Shown: piece by piece, positions 13,191 through 27,374 of the stretch | How positions within the stretch are numbered: the stretch's first letter is position 1 | Layout: the number at the start of each line of letters is the position of its first letter | From: the human T2T-CHM13v2.0 reference genome, Homo sapiens | Assembly (NCBI RefSeq): GCF_009914755.1 | Contig: NC_060925.1 | Direction: 5' to 3' (one strand) | DNA: 64,000 nucleotides | Position numbers and translations under genes: made by a program | Notes under the pieces: generated by a model | Databases searched by the model: none | What the model was told of the DNA's origin: nothing | The model's input: the letters and a program-made list of their open reading frames with translations, nothing else

Positions 13191-13662
13191 TAAGGTGATC
13201 ATGTAATTTATTACTCACATCAGAACATTTAGAGATTTAAAGAGGGAGCTATTAATAATTATGCCAGGTCATCAGATGCGAACTGAGACAGTCCCAGGCA
13301 AATTATAATGTAGAGCAAGAATCTGCAAACTATGTCCCATGGGCTAAATTCAGGCCACTTCCCATTTTCCAACAGCCCACAGGCTAAGAATGATTTATGC
13401 ATTTTTAAATGGTTTGAAAAACACCAAAGAAAAATATCTCATGACACGTGAAAAATGATACAAAATTTAAATTAGAGTTTCTATCAATAAATAAAGTTTT
13501 ATTGGTATACAAATATATCAAATCACTTATATATTATCTATGACTGCTTTCATGCTACAATGGCAGAATTGAATAGCTACAGCATACCATATTGTCTAAA
13601 ATATTTACTGTCAGAATCTTTACAGAAAAAGGTATACTGATCCCTGATGTAGAGTAATCCTA
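13191..13662. mobile_element. hAT-Blackjack MITE (MER94/MER81-like), split by MER58
   Basis: taaggtgatcatgtaatttatt...gctattaataatta...gacagtcccaggcaaa, with terminus ...atccta after the insert. Confidence 0.6.
13316..13646 (+). mobile_element. MER58B-like hAT-Charlie MITE
   Basis: 331 bp; caaga..gcaaacta...gctaagaatg...tttacagaaaaa...ctgatccctg; perfect 8-bp TSD atgtagag at 13308-13315 and 13647-13654. Confidence 0.85.
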
Positions 13663-15725
13663 ACCATTTCCCAAGTTGGTCTATGAGTTTCAGTAAGACA
13701 AGATCCTTTCAAGCTCTTTCTTTCTAATAGTGCATGTGAAACAGTATGTTGTTAATGCTTATGTTGATAATGATATTTCTAGTGATGTATTTATCTACTC
13801 TGCAGTTTTGTATTGAGTAGAAACTCTCCCTGGTCACATTTTTTATTCCACCATAAAGTCTGCAAGATCTTTTATTAACAATATTCAAGTGTTAATTTTG
13901 ATATGAATTAAAAAAATGTTCTTCAAGAATCAGTTTCCCAGTGTTTCTATTTTCTCTGACAATAAATTACTGGTAATGCCTTAAAACAGTTTTAGTTTTT
14001 GTCTGAATGTTTTACAAAGTGTATGGTAGAACAATATTTTAAAGTAACTTAATTCTGTGTCTCTGGTATCAAATCAAAGGGGTTATAAGAATTCTTCTAC
14101 CTCATTGTTCAGTAGGCAAGATGGATGTGTCGTTTAAAGTAAATAGTACTTGTTGGCTAAATAACAGGTCAATAGCTTTCTTAATAATAGGCACTGTTGC
14201 TCTTGAGCCACTTGCAAAATTGTTGTCTAGTAAATCTACCTAAGCTGTGTGGTTATTGAGACTCTTCACCATCTTTCAGATCAGGTTGATTCTGTCAGCT
14301 GGCACATATGGTACATTTTGAAGAGCTACAGAATATAAAACCCACGTAGTTATAAAAAGTAAATTAATTGGTGATTAAATTACCAATTGAATAAGAACAA
14401 AGATATTGCCCTTATACCTTTTGTTTACCTATTAGATATCCAAACGTTGACATTTGTGAAATATGGTAATACAGTACAGATCGCAAATGACAGCCAGTGT
14501 GATCTGGAAACCTGCTAGAAATGTGGTCTGAATTAGTATTATTTTGGCCCTGAAAATATGCCATTCGTATCTTTTCATTTCTAACACTAATTACATATAA
14601 TAATTCTAGGTTTTAGTGTTAAAAAGAACCCTTCATGTATAGGGTACTATAGACCTATTCAGTTCATATGCCAGCCCTAATTAAAACCTATCTGAGAATT
14701 CATTAAAATCTGGCCCAACTGCTTAACATCTCTTACAGCACTCACCTTTAGATGAGAAACACTGTACCCTCCATTTTTTCCTTTTCAGTTTTTGTTGTCT
14801 AATTAATGGAAACCATTAATTTGGAGGGATGAATTAAAAATGGAGTGAATAGTATAGGCTTTGTGCAACTCTCTAAAGATTTTCTATGCCATAATCAAGG
14901 GGAAAAATGCTTATTGCAAATGTCCTGAGCTGACGGAACTGTATATTTAGAATCATTAAGTCTGTGGTAACTAGTGAAAATAAAATGTATGATGAAGATA
15001 AAATTAAATGAATGATAGAATCCAAGCTTTAATGAATTAAAAAAAAAATCCTAACTTTAGTTCCCAAGTCCATTCTAGCCAATGGGAAATAAAACTCTTC
15101 CCTTTTTTTTTTTTCTGTTTCGGCAAGGAAAATTACTGAATTAAAATGCTTTAAATTTTATCCAATTTGTAGTATGATGATGGGACTTAGTTGAAGAATA
15201 ATTCTAGTAGACATTATAAATAATATGATAGAAATACTGAGTTTTTTGCTATTCAGTGATAACCAAAAGAAAATATGACTCACTGAGTAATTGAGAAAGA
15301 AAATGTGTCTATACTTTCCATGAGGGCAGAAGTGTGAGCACTAGTCTTTTTACAACTATACCAAAGTTGTTTGCCTTACATTCCAGAATATAACTGTGAG
15401 AAGGAGTCCACAGACAAAAGCCCGACTCCTGTGGGTAATAATTATCAAGGTGATTCACAAAAGAGCCATTGCCTTAGCTTTGCACAGGTCATCTATTAGA
15501 GGCTAAAACTAACATTCTGCATTATTCCTTTAAAGAGAATGAACAAATTTTACTCCTTGTTGGTTTGTCCTGGGAATTCTCCATCAAGGAATTTTAGAGA
15601 TGTTTAGGATGGAAATATTTAGTTTCTTCTCTTGGTTCTATCTTTAGTCATAAGGAATACACTCTTTGTATGCAGAAAGTCTCCCAGTAGATTTACATTT
15701 AAATCTCTGTCCAGAAACGTCCTTT

Positions 15726-16336
15726 TGAAGCAGCTACGTTGTCTGGGGTATATACCCTGAGGATTCGTTGTCACATGCCAGGAAAATTTAGGACGTGGAC
15801 ACACACAAGGAGTTTAGGAGCAGAGGTTTAATAGGCAGAAGAGAAGAGAAAGTAGAAACAGCTTTCTCCATAGAGAGAGGGGTCACTGAGTGAAAAGGGC
15901 TGTTGGTGGCAAATGCCCCAGATTTTATAGTCCAGTTTGAAGAGGTGGTGTCTGATTTACATAGGGCTCACAGATTTGTTCTATCAGGTATGACATTTAC
16001 AGAGTGCATGGGAAGGCTGATCGCCCCATCCTAATCTTATTATGCAAATAGGCTTTCCAGTTGATTGGTGCCATCTTGTCTGCTCCTTATAGTATATGTG
16101 GCTGACAGAGGGGAAGATGGAGCTGCCATCTTGAACATGTCTAGTTTTGAGTTCCTGCTGGCATTCACCCATGCAAGCTCCCAGCTTGCTTGTTTATGTC
16201 TGCAGTTCGACTTTACAGGCTGCTCTTCATTAGAAAGGAAAATAGTCTGGGGCTGCTTTTCATTAAAAAGAAAAGCCTTACCGAGGACTCCCATACCTTT
16301 GCTATCTACCTAAGTGATTTCTTAACTCCTATATCA
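15726..16336 (-). mobile_element. ERV1-class solo LTR (LTR9-like)
   Basis: 611 bp, TG...CA termini, 4-bp TSD cttt on both sides; minus strand starts TGATATAGGAGTTAAG...TAGGTAGATAG. Confidence 0.8.
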
Positions 16337-16661
16337 CTTTCAGCTAAAATACTATGAAGAGCTGGAACCTGACAAAAAGTGAAGCTCAAATTGCACGATT
16401 CTGAACACGTGATTTAAAAAGATAGGGCAAAATGTGTTTTTACTTTTTCAAAATTATAGTATTTGCTTCCTATTTTTACTTTGGAAGTCATGCTATTAAT
16501 AGTACAGCAAGAGTTTTCAGAAAATGGAATTCTCATATACATGATATATTTCACAGAAGTTAGAGACTTTCTTGTCTTCATCTACTCTATCATGAAACCT
16601 TAAAAAAACAAAAAACAGAAATTCACTCTACAAAATCTAATAATCCTTCAAACTTACTAGT

Positions 16662-18350
16662 TATGGCAGAAACTGGTTGGCTGCTAATCAAGCTGGTTTT
16701 CCTTTCTGCTGGGTTCGCAGCTAGGCTTTAGTTCTAAATTATTCTTGAAGTTGGATATGACAATGGCCATGTGACTAATGTCTATCTCACTGGTCCACAT
16801 CTTGTGGGTGAATGTATCTTACTCCTAGTCCTGGCTCAGTAAATCAAACAGAATTTAAAATGTACAAAAATTTTGGAGCTGAAAGAGTTGGAAATGTAAC
16901 TGCCACTACATTTCCAAAAATAGAATGTAAAATTGAAGTAGCTTTTGAGGGACCAATGACTATGAGACCCAGCTCTATGACAAAGATAAGATTAAGGGTG
17001 TGGATTCCTACTGAAACAGGAATCAGGCTTTCAAAACCTCTACAATAGCAAGGGAAGGCCTAATCTTCCATACCAACCTCAGGTGTGTCTATAGAGGATA
17101 ATGGTCAAGGAAGATGTTTCAATAGCCTGGAGGGAGGGGGCCAGGGACAGCAATGGATAAGGGAGAGTTCCCAGAAATTAGACTTAGTCTAATAAAGGAA
17201 TTTTCTCCTCCAAATGTGTAGGGACCCTTCAAAATGTTTCCCTGCAAGATTTTATAAATTCTTGCCACAGTCACGTTTTTTCCTCTTCTGAATGGAAGCT
17301 TTTAATGTAGTTACTATGTTCTTTCACTACCTTCATAAATTGAATATGTGATGTGGAAGTAAAGGGTGGAAGTAGAGTTGCCAGATAATGAAGAGCCACA
17401 TTTGGACTCAATGAAGAGTTTTCACATCACTAGAAAATACCCGACTTTGATCTGGATGTGGTCACTGAATAGAACTTTGAGGGAATGGAAGAATGTGTTC
17501 TTTATGTGAAAGCAAAAGAAAAATGGATATTTAGTGAGTAAAAACAGAATGTGAAGAGACTGGATACATTTAACAAAATCTATTTTTCCTATGTTTCTGA
17601 TACACGTCTTCCAGCCTTTCTTGACAATGGAAAATTTGGCCAAAAGTCTGAGTGTTGGCCTATTGAATTGATTTGGTTTGACTCTGTGTCCCCACCCAAA
17701 TCTCATGTCGAATTGTGATTCTGAGTGTTGCAGGTAGGGTCTGGTGGGAGGTGATTGGATCTTGGGGGTGGACTTCCCCCTTGCTCTTCTTGTGATAGTG
17801 AGTGAGTTCTCACGAGATCTGGATGTTTAAAAGTGTGTAGCACTTCCCCTTTTGCTCTCTTTCTCCAGCTCTGCCATGATAAGACATGCTTGCTTCCCCT
17901 TCATCTTCTGCCATGATTGTAAGCTTTTTGAGGCCTCCTAGTCACACTTCCTGTACAGCTTCCAGAGCTGTGAGTCAAATATACCTCTTTTTTTTTTTAA
18001 TAAATTACCCAGTCTCGGGTAGTTCTTTATAGTAGTGTGAGAATGGCCTAATGCAAAAATGTAGATATGATATATGCCATATCTAAGCCTAGCCCATTAA
18101 AAACTTCCTATATGTTTCTCTACTCTCTCCTTCTTTGCCTTTAGTTAGATTTTAAATGCCTAAGTTGACCCTAGAAGCCATGTTTTGAAGAAAGCACAGG
18201 CCCCCTCAGCCCGAGTCCTCGAATACTTGTATGGAGGAGTAAACCTCTCACCTCAACTGTGATATTTGGCTTTTGTGTAAATGAGAAATTTCCATAGAGA
18301 TAAGCCACTGAGAGCTCAACATTATGTGTTTTGTAAGGTAGAATACCTAA
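16662..18350 (+). mobile_element. Ancient MLT1 (J/I-like) LTR pieces with possible internal remnant, interrupted by an MST LTR
   Basis: ggccatgtgacta, tgttggcctattgaa...gatatatgcca, agaagccatgttttgaag, taagccactgag motifs; very diverged. Confidence 0.45.
17669..18055 (+). mobile_element. MSTA/THE1D-like solo LTR
   Basis: tgatttggtttgactctgtgtccccacccaaatctcatg...taaattacccagtctcgggtagttctttatag...ctaatgca. Confidence 0.9.
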
Positions 18351-18580
18351 AAAATACAATAGTCAAAATAGACAGTTTTTAAAAATCCAACTGAAGATAG
18401 TATTTCATAAGATAAAGAAATCCAGCATAGTTTATTGCTAATTTTAGTTGAGACTATGTTAAAAATTATTAAATTTTGCATTGTGTTATTATCTCAACAA
18501 CTAAACAACTATTCTGTTTTTAGTAGTATTTCTGTTATTGGCATTAAAAGCTAAGTGAATTAATTTCATATATTTTGATG

Positions 18581-19378
18581 TGCTATGGTCTTGAATGTTT
18601 GTGTCCCCCCAAAATTCATCTGTTGAAATCCTAACCATTAATGATGATATTAGGAGGCAGGGTTTGGGGGATGATTAAGTCATGAAAGTGGATCCCTCGG
18701 ATTGTTGCTGTGTCTGTGTAGAAAGAAGTAGACATAGGAGACTCCATTTTGTTCTGTACTAAGAAAGGTTCTTCTGCCTTGGGATGCTGTTAATCTATAA
18801 CCTTACACCCAACCCCGTGCTCTCTGAAACATGTACTGTGTCCACTAAGGGTTGAATGGATTAAGGGCGGTGCAAGATGTGCTTTGTTAAACAGATGCTT
18901 GAAGGCAACATGCTCCTTAAGAGTCATCACCACTCCCTAATCTCAAGTACCCAGGGACACAAACACTGCGGAAGGCGGCAGGGCCCTCTGCCTAGGAAAA
19001 CCAGAGACCTTTGTTCACATGTTTATGTGCTGACCTTCCCTCCACTATTGTCCTATGACCCTGCCAAATCCCCCTCTCCAAGAAACACCCAAGAATGATC
19101 AATAAATACTAAAAAAATTTAAAAAAAAAGAAAGTGGATCCCTCATGAATAGGATTTGCTCCCTTATAAAAGAGGCCCTGGAAAGTGCTGTCCGACCCTT
19201 CCACCACATGAAAAGTGAGAAGTCACCACCTATGAACCAGCTAGTGGGCCTTTCTCACACATCAAATTTGCTGGCACCCTGATCTTGGACTTCCCAGCCT
19301 CCAAAACTGTGAGAAATAAACTTTTGTTGTTTGTAAGCTACCCCATTTATAAACAATGGAACTGAACAGAGTAAGACA
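18581..19378 (+). mobile_element. MLT1A-like LTR, split by SVA
   Basis: tgctatggtcttgaatgtttgtgtccccccaaaattc...ttggacttcccagcctccaaaactgtgagaaataaa...taagaca. Confidence 0.88.
18699..19129 (+). mobile_element. SVA retrotransposon, 5'-truncated (SINE-R portion only)
   Basis: HERV-K LTR-derived agaaagaagtagacataggagactccattttg...with SVA junction gcagggccctctgcctaggaaaaccagagacc, aataaa and A tail; 15-bp TSD gaaagtggatccctc at 18684-18698 and 19130-19144. Confidence 0.93.
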
Positions 19379-19852
19379 CAATAGAGACATTTTGCATAAA
19401 TTTCTGGAAGGAAATAGAACATGCGATTGTGGAAATGACATTACACATAAGGTTGACCATTTGTATATTAGCAAATTCTTTAGTGAACTGAATAATGCCA
19501 ATTAAAAATATAAAGGCAAAAAATGAGTGTTTGATAATAATTAAAATTGGGGAAGGTTTCAGAACAAATAGAAGAGTAATTGGAAAACACATTTATTTAT
19601 GGCAAGAATGTTGACATCGCATAAGATTCAGCTTCAGATCTGCCACCACCTCAACATCCCAACTGAAATTTTGGCTTGAGAAGAAAGTGGTCAAGACTTT
19701 GTGCCAGGTTGCATGCCTTGATGTATTGCTTTTCTCGTCCTTCCAGTTTAAAGGGCCTCTGATTTGACAAGAGCTATACATATTTCCACATTTCCTCTGT
19801 AGTAACTTCCTTAGAACCCAGCTGAGTAAATATTTAGTAGTGGTACCAATTT

Positions 19853-20145
19853 TTCTTTTCTTTTTGAGATGGAGTCTTGCTCTGTCGCCCAAGCTGGAGT
19901 GCAGTGACACAATCTCAGCTCACTGCAAGCTCTGCCTCCTGGGTTCATGCCATTCTCCTGCCTCAGCCTCCAGAGTAGCTGGGACTCAGGCACCTGCCAC
20001 CATGCCTGGCTAATTTTTTGTATTTTTAGTAGAGATGGGGTTTCACTGTGTTAGCCAGGATGGTCTCGATCTCCTGACCTCGTGATCCACCCTCCTCGGC
20101 CTCCCAAAATGCTGGGATTATAAGCATGAGCCACCATGCCTGGCC
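19853..20145 (-). mobile_element. Alu (Y/Sc-like, CpG-decayed)
   Basis: Full dimer; TSD tagtggtac(c/t)aattt at 19838 and 20146. Confidence 0.93.
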
Positions 20146-20199
20146 TAGTGGTACTAATTTTTGTACTGCTGAGTCTCTATGCTGTATGTTATTTATTTA

Positions 20200-22090
20200 A
20201 GAAGTATTTATTTAGCATTTATTATGTGTCAGGCACTGCTTCTAAATATTAAAGAAACAGTAATGAGCAAAACATACAAAAATCCCTGCCATCATGGAAC
20301 ATACTCTAATGGAAAAGACAGAAAGTGAAAAAAGATAAATAGGTAAATTACATAGTGTTATAGTGTTAGTTACAATTACTAAGGAGAAAAAATAGAGCAA
20401 AGAAGGGGGATACAAATAACTTAGATGGAAATGAAAATTTTAGAAAAAGTAAGATTTCATTGAAAATGTGAAATTTGAGTAATAACCTGAAGGAAGACAT
20501 CTGTCCAAGCTGATACTCACACGGTTAATTCCAAGAAGAACAAGTGCAAATACCTGAGGTGGGAGCATGCCTGGCACACATAAGGAACAATAAGAAGGCT
20601 GGAGAGACTGGAGTCAAATATGGGTGAAGAGTTGTAGCAATTGATAACAGAAAGATGATAGGTCACATAGGATTTTGTGATTAATAGCAAAAAGCGTGGT
20701 TCCACTCAAAGCGACATGGAGATATTAAAAAGTTCTTAGCAGGGAAATAATCTGACTTGACAACATTGCTATGCTCCAATGTTGAAAATAAAGTGAAGAA
20801 GCCTCAGCTAGAATTAAGGTGACAAGTTAGGAGGTTATTACACAAATCCAGGCAATATATGATGGTGGTTCAGACACGAAAAGTGAAGGTGCCTAGAATT
20901 TATCAAATTCCAGGTGTAATTTGAAGCTAGAGTTGACAGAGTTTGGTAATGGATAAGATGTGGCTTCTGAGGGCAAGAGAAGAGTCAGAGATGGAGTCAG
21001 TCCAAAATTTTTTTGTCCAGAACAACTGAAATAATTGAATTATCCCTTACCTAAGATGGTGTGTCAGGCTGTTTTTGCATTGCTACAAAAGAATACCTGA
21101 AACTGAGTAATTTATAAAGAAAAAAGGTTTAATTGGCCCACAGTTCCGTGGGTTATACAGGAAACATGGTTCTGCAATCCTGCTCACCTTCTGGTGAGGC
21201 CCCAGGAAGCTTCTGATCATGGCAGAAAGTGAAAGGACAGCAGGCATGTCACATGGCAAGAGCAGGAGCAAGAAAGAGTAGGGGTAAGTCCCCAGACTTT
21301 TAAACAACCAGATCTCCTGGGTGAACTGATCAAGACTTGCTTATCATGAAGGGATGATGCTAAACCATTCATGAAGGATCTGCCCAATGATCCAGTCACC
21401 CCCAACCAGGCCAGACCTCCAACTGTGGGAATCACATTTCAACATGAGATTTGGAGGGGACGAATGTCCAAACCATATCAGATAGGGAAGTCCACAGGAG
21501 GAGTCAGTTTAGAGGGAAATATAAGGAATTCAGATTTGAGATATTTAACTGTGGGATGTTCTCTAAACATTACAAGTAGGGATGCTGAATGGGAGGTTGG
21601 GATAACTGTTTAGAGTACAGCACAGAATTTTGGGCTGTGATATAGATGTGGAGCAGCATACAGATGCTGTTTCAAGCTGAGATATTGACTGATATCGCTT
21701 AGGGATTGAGTGTAACAAGAAAAGAGAAGCAGTTTGAGAACAGCACTCTGACATTTAGTTATTTGAAAGAAAAGGAGGAATCATCAGAAAAAATCTGAAA
21801 AGGAGTGGCTGGAAAGATAGAAGAAAAATGAGGCACATATGTTTTCATGGAAACCAAGTACAGAAAATGTTTCAGGGAGGCGTGAGTAATCTACCAATCT
21901 TACCAAATGCTGCTGACAGGTCAAGTAAAACAAGGACTGAGAAACTATGTTTGGAGTTAGAAATGTGGAGATTAGGAATGACACTGAGTTTTACCAAAGT
22001 GATGGGGACAAAAACCTGATTTGAGTGGAATCAACAGACATTGTAAGAATAAATAGTTGCAGTAAGTGATTATCAACTTTTCATTTGATG
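20200..22090 (-). mobile_element. L2 LINE remnant, split by MST LTR
   Basis: ttatgtgtcaggcactg...aatccctgcc, aagaacaagtgcaaa.acctgaggtgggagcatgcctgg, caaatgctgctgacaggtcaagtaa. Confidence 0.75.
21060..21480 (-). mobile_element. MSTB-like solo LTR
   Basis: ttgcattgcta...gtaatttataaagaaaaaaggtttaattggc...caacatgagatttggagggg...aaaccatatca; TSD gatgg/gatag. Confidence 0.88.
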
Positions 22091-22415
22091 GATACAAGTG
22101 ATAATATTTTCACTATAAATTAAAATGAATTTTACTGTCTTGACACACATTGTTGTAAATGAGGACTCAAGCTCATAGTTATCAAATATTTATTGCAATT
22201 TATAATCAGCATGAAACTGTCATATAGCAAGATCAAGCTTCAATGTCATCTCTTTTGTGAAATCTTTCCCGCCTCCATCAATTAATCAGTTTTTTGTGCT
22301 TCCCAAACACTTCATAAATACATTTGCAATACTACATTGTCTTGTAATAATTTATTTGTCTGTCTCTTCTATTACACTGTGAGTCCCTCATATTTATATA
22401 AAAGTACAGTGTTTG

Positions 22416-22705
22416 GGCCAGGGTCGGTGGCTCACGCCTGTAATCCCAACACTTTTGGAGGCCAAGGCTGGTGGATCACAAGATCAGGCGTTCAAGACCA
22501 GCCTGGCCAAGATGGTGAAACCCCGTCTCTACTAAAAATACAAAAATCAGCCAGGTGCGGTGGCAGGCGCCTGTAATCCTAACTACTCGGGAGGCTGAGG
22601 AGGCAGAATCGCTTGAACTCAGGGGGCAGAGGTTGCAGTGAGCCGAGATTGTGCCACTGCACTCTAGCCTGAGCGACAGAGTGAGACTCCATCTCAAAAA
22701 AAAAA
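22416..22705 (+). mobile_element. AluS (Sg-like)
   Basis: Full dimer; perfect 16-bp TSD aaaagtacagtgtttg at 22400 and 22706. Confidence 0.95.
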
Positions 22706-25700
22706 AAAAGTACAGTGTTTGGTAAAAGTGTGCATTCAAAAATAATTGGTGAATGAATGAATGAATTCATATCACATTTTAAGTCAGTCTAAATGATACA
22801 GTGGAAACAGAAAAGAAATTTATTGAGTGTTAAGGATTACAGATAAATGCAGAATCCTCATTCATTTTTCCCAAGATCAAAAGCGCTTATTATAAATAAA
22901 ATAAAATATAATAAATGTGCCATCCAACTAATTATAATGCTTTCATATTATTTTGTTTGTTTCATATTACCAATTTTTAAACTCTCATTTTCTCATAACA
23001 TTCAGATTAGCAACTCAGTACGTACACAGATAACAGATGATCTAGGTAAAGTTTTTTCCTCTGGGACAGGAATCTGGAATTTGGTTCCCAGATTTTTTTG
23101 AGAAACTCCATGTCCTCAGAACTTACCAGTGCTCAAACTAACATTATGACAATTTTATTTTAAAAGAGAAACAGTTAGCCTGCTTTGAAATACTGGATTG
23201 TTCTGTGAAGCTACTCTCCTAAGGGTAATTAATTTTTGTATTAATTTTTAATATTTCAATTTTTAATATGACTCTTTTATAGTTTGCTCACACATGATTA
23301 TGTTAGTGGTGCTGAAATAGAGTACAAGAAAAATATCTATTAAAACTAAAATATTAAATGTGTATATAAAGTTTTTCATGTCAATTACACATTTAATTAA
23401 TTACACAATTAATAAATAATTAATAATTAATAAATAATTGTAGTGGAAGCCAAACTACTACTAAGAAAACCCTTACTAGAACTATGTGCTGGAGTAAATT
23501 TACAGGTTCAAGGTAATATGCTATCTCTATTCTAAATAACATTACAAAAAAATTTTTATGATGAAAAATTTTTATTTGCTCATTTTTATTCTTGTTCTTA
23601 AAAAAGTAACTTAAAGCAAAGAAATTCTTTGTATATTTTTTCTACTAAGAAATGTTGATCTTGAGGAAGAAAAGTTAGATCTGTGTGTCTGTCTATCATC
23701 CCCATCTCCCTAAATTGAAATTTTAATCTTTATAAAATATTAACTTTAAAATTTGTATCAACTGACTATAGTTTTCAAGCCTACCTCAAATAAAATACAA
23801 CATTTGGATGAATTGTTTAGTATATTTATTTTAATGAGCAGTTAGAGAATTTGGGTATAGAAGACAATAAAGCACATTCCCAGTTGTGTGTCAAATCTGT
23901 CTGTCTATGGGGTGAGACTGTTTATCTCTATGGGGAGAGTCTCCTTATTCTTGAGAAAAGTTGAGGGAAAAGTAAAGGGGACATTGTCTTGCACCTTAGG
24001 TACAAGATCAGCCACATGGAGGTAAAGCATGAAGTGGGCTCTTAAGATCCCTGATTCTAGTTCTTGGATCTTGGAGGGCATTTCTGGACCTGCCCTGGTC
24101 CAGAGGGGAGACCACTGCTCTGAAGCATGAGTCCCAGGCCAGGCAGCATTTACCACAAGCTGATTGGAGAGCCCTTTAATGTTAAAAGAACATCAGTGGT
24201 ATCCTGGCAGTACTCCTCATGGGCATGTGGGAATGGTGGCCATGGGGTGAGGCTCCTCTGCCTGTAAAAAGGAAAGGAAAGGAAAAAGTGGGAAGGACTG
24301 TGTCTTGTGGTTTGAGTGCCAGCTCAGCTGCAGTACAGTAGAACACCAGTAGACATGTAAGGTTTTCTGACTCAAGTCTCTGGCTCTCAGGTGGCACTTC
24401 TTGACCCACTCAGAGCCCAGGGAGCTCATCACTCTGAAGGAAGGGCAGAAGCCTGGCTGTCTTTACCACCTTCTGATTGTGGAGCTCCAGGGCCTTGAAT
24501 GAACATAGGCAGTAGCCAGTTAGTGGTTACAGTGGGTCTTGGGCAATATCCACTACTGTGCTGCCTTCAGGTCTGACCCAGTGCAGTCCCAGTGGTAGTG
24601 GCCACAGAGGTGCTTGTGTCACCTCACCCTCAGCTACCAGCAACACAGAAGACAGAGACAGACTCCATTTATTTGGGAGAAGGTGAGGGAAGGGAACAAG
24701 ACTATCTGCTTGGTTATCCAGAGAATTCTTCCAGTTCTTATCCATGACCACCAAGGTGGTACCTCTATGAGTATGTAAGAACCAGTGTTACGGGGCTTAG
24801 GGTGCCCCTTAATGAAGACACAGCTTACATCACAGCACACAAGTCCTTTTAAATATCTGGAAAACATTCCCAAGAAGGACAGGGACAGAGAAGCCTGGAC
24901 TGCAAATACTATAATAAATAATTTTTCAATGCACAGACATAGACAAACATCCATAAGCATCAAGACAATCCAAGAAAACGTGACCTCACTGAACAAACTA
25001 AGTAAGGCACCAGGGACCAATTCTGGAGAAACAGAGATATGTGACCTTTCAGACAGAGAATTCAAAATAGCTGTGTTGAGGAAACAAAGAAGTTCAAGAT
25101 AACACAGAGAAAGAATTCAGAATTCTATCACATAAATTTTAAAAAGATATTGAAATAATTAAAAAGAAACAAGCAGAAATTCCAGAGTTGAAATATACAA
25201 TTGACTTACTGAAGAATGCATCAGAACTTTTCAATAGCAAAAGTGATCAAGCAGAAGAATGAAGATAGGCTATTTGAAAATATACCATCAGATAAGGCAA
25301 AAAAAAAAAAAGAATTAAAAAGAATTCCTAAAGGATTTAGAATAGCCTCAAAAGGGCAAATCTAAGAGTTGTTAGCCTAAAAGAGGAATTAGAGAGAAAT
25401 AGATAGGGATAGAACGTTTATTCAAAGGAATAATAACAGAGAACTTCCCCAAAACTAGAGAAAATTATCAGTATTCAAGTACAAGAAGGTTATAACCAAG
25501 TAGATTTAACCCAAATAAGACTACCTCAAGGCATTTAATAATCAAATTCCCAAAGAACAAGGATAAGGATAAAGAAGGGATTATAAAAGCAGTAAGACAA
25601 AGAACAAAACAAAACAAAACAACAACAACAACAAACCCATACACAAATAACATACAATGGCGCTCCAATCTGTCTGGCCACAGACTTTTCAGTGGAAACT

Positions 25701-27049
25701 TTACAGGCCAGAAGAGAGTGGCATGACATATTCAAAGTGCTGAAGGAAAAAAAAATTTACCCTAGAATAGTATATCTGGTGAAAATATCCTTCAAACATG
25801 AAGGAGATGTAAAGACTTTCTCAGACAAACAAAAGCTGAGGGATTTAATTAACACCAGACCTCTCCTACAAGAGAGGCTAAAGGAAGTTCTTCAAACTGA
25901 AAGAAAAGGATGTTAATGAACAATATAAAATCATCTGAAGATACAAAACTCACTGCTAATAATAAGTACACAGAAAACCCCACAGTATTATAGAACAGTA
26001 ACTGTGGTGTGTAAACAACTCTTAAGTAGGAAAGACTAAATGATGAACCAATCAAAATTAATAACTATGACTACTTTTTGAGACATAGGAAACATAATAA
26101 CATAAATAGAAACAACACAAAGTTAAAAAGTGGGAAAACAAAGTAAAGACTTTTTATTAATTTACTTTCTTTTTTTTTGTGCAGTGTCAAGTTGTTATCA
26201 CTTAAAATAGTGGGTTATAAGACAGTATTGCAAGCCTCATTGTAGCCTCAAATCAAAAAACACACAACGGCTACACAAAAATTTAAAAGCAAATAATTAA
26301 AGCACACCACCAGAGAAAATTACATTCACTAAAAGGAAGACAGGAAGAAAGGACAGAAGGAGTAGAAGACCACAAAACAACCAGAAAACAAATAAGAAAA
26401 TGGCAGTAGTAAGTCCTAACTTATCAATAATAACATTGAATGTAGATGGACTAAACTCTCCAATTAAAAGACTCAGAGTGGCTTAATGGATAAAAAACCA
26501 AGAATCAATAATCTGTTGCCTACAAGAAACATGCTTCACTTATAAGGACACACATAGGCTGAAAACAAATGGATGGAAGATGATATTGAATGCCACTGGA
26601 AACCAAAAAGAGATCAGGAGAAGTTATATTTATATCAGACAAAATAGATTTCAAGGAAAAAAACCCATAAAAAGAGACATAGTAGATCACCATGTAATGA
26701 TAAATGGGTCAATACAGCAAGAGTATATAACAATTGTAAATGTATATGCACCCAACATTGGAGCAAACAAATATAGGGCAAATATTATTAGAACTAAAGA
26801 GAGAGATAGATCACAATACAATAATAGCTGGAGACTTCAACACCTCACTTTTAGCATCAAAGAGATCTTCCAGACAAAAAAAAATTAAAGAAGAAATATT
26901 GGATTTAATCTACATATAAGCCAAATGGACAAATAAATATTGACAGAACATTTCATCCAACAGCTGAAGAATACACATTCTTTAATTCAGCATGTGGATT
27001 ATTTTCAAGGATAGACCACAGTTTGTGACTTGTGTCACAAACAAGTCTT

Positions 27050-27374
<325 letters not shown>

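Noticed and set aside
18699-19129. HERV-K (LTR5) solo LTR
   Set aside because: It has the SVA-type internal deletion, an A tail and a 15-bp TSD, indicating L1-mediated SVA insertion rather than integrase-mediated insertion
23375-23442. taattaat-rich stretch as a structured element or homeodomain cluster
   Set aside because: Explained by AT-rich low-complexity slippage
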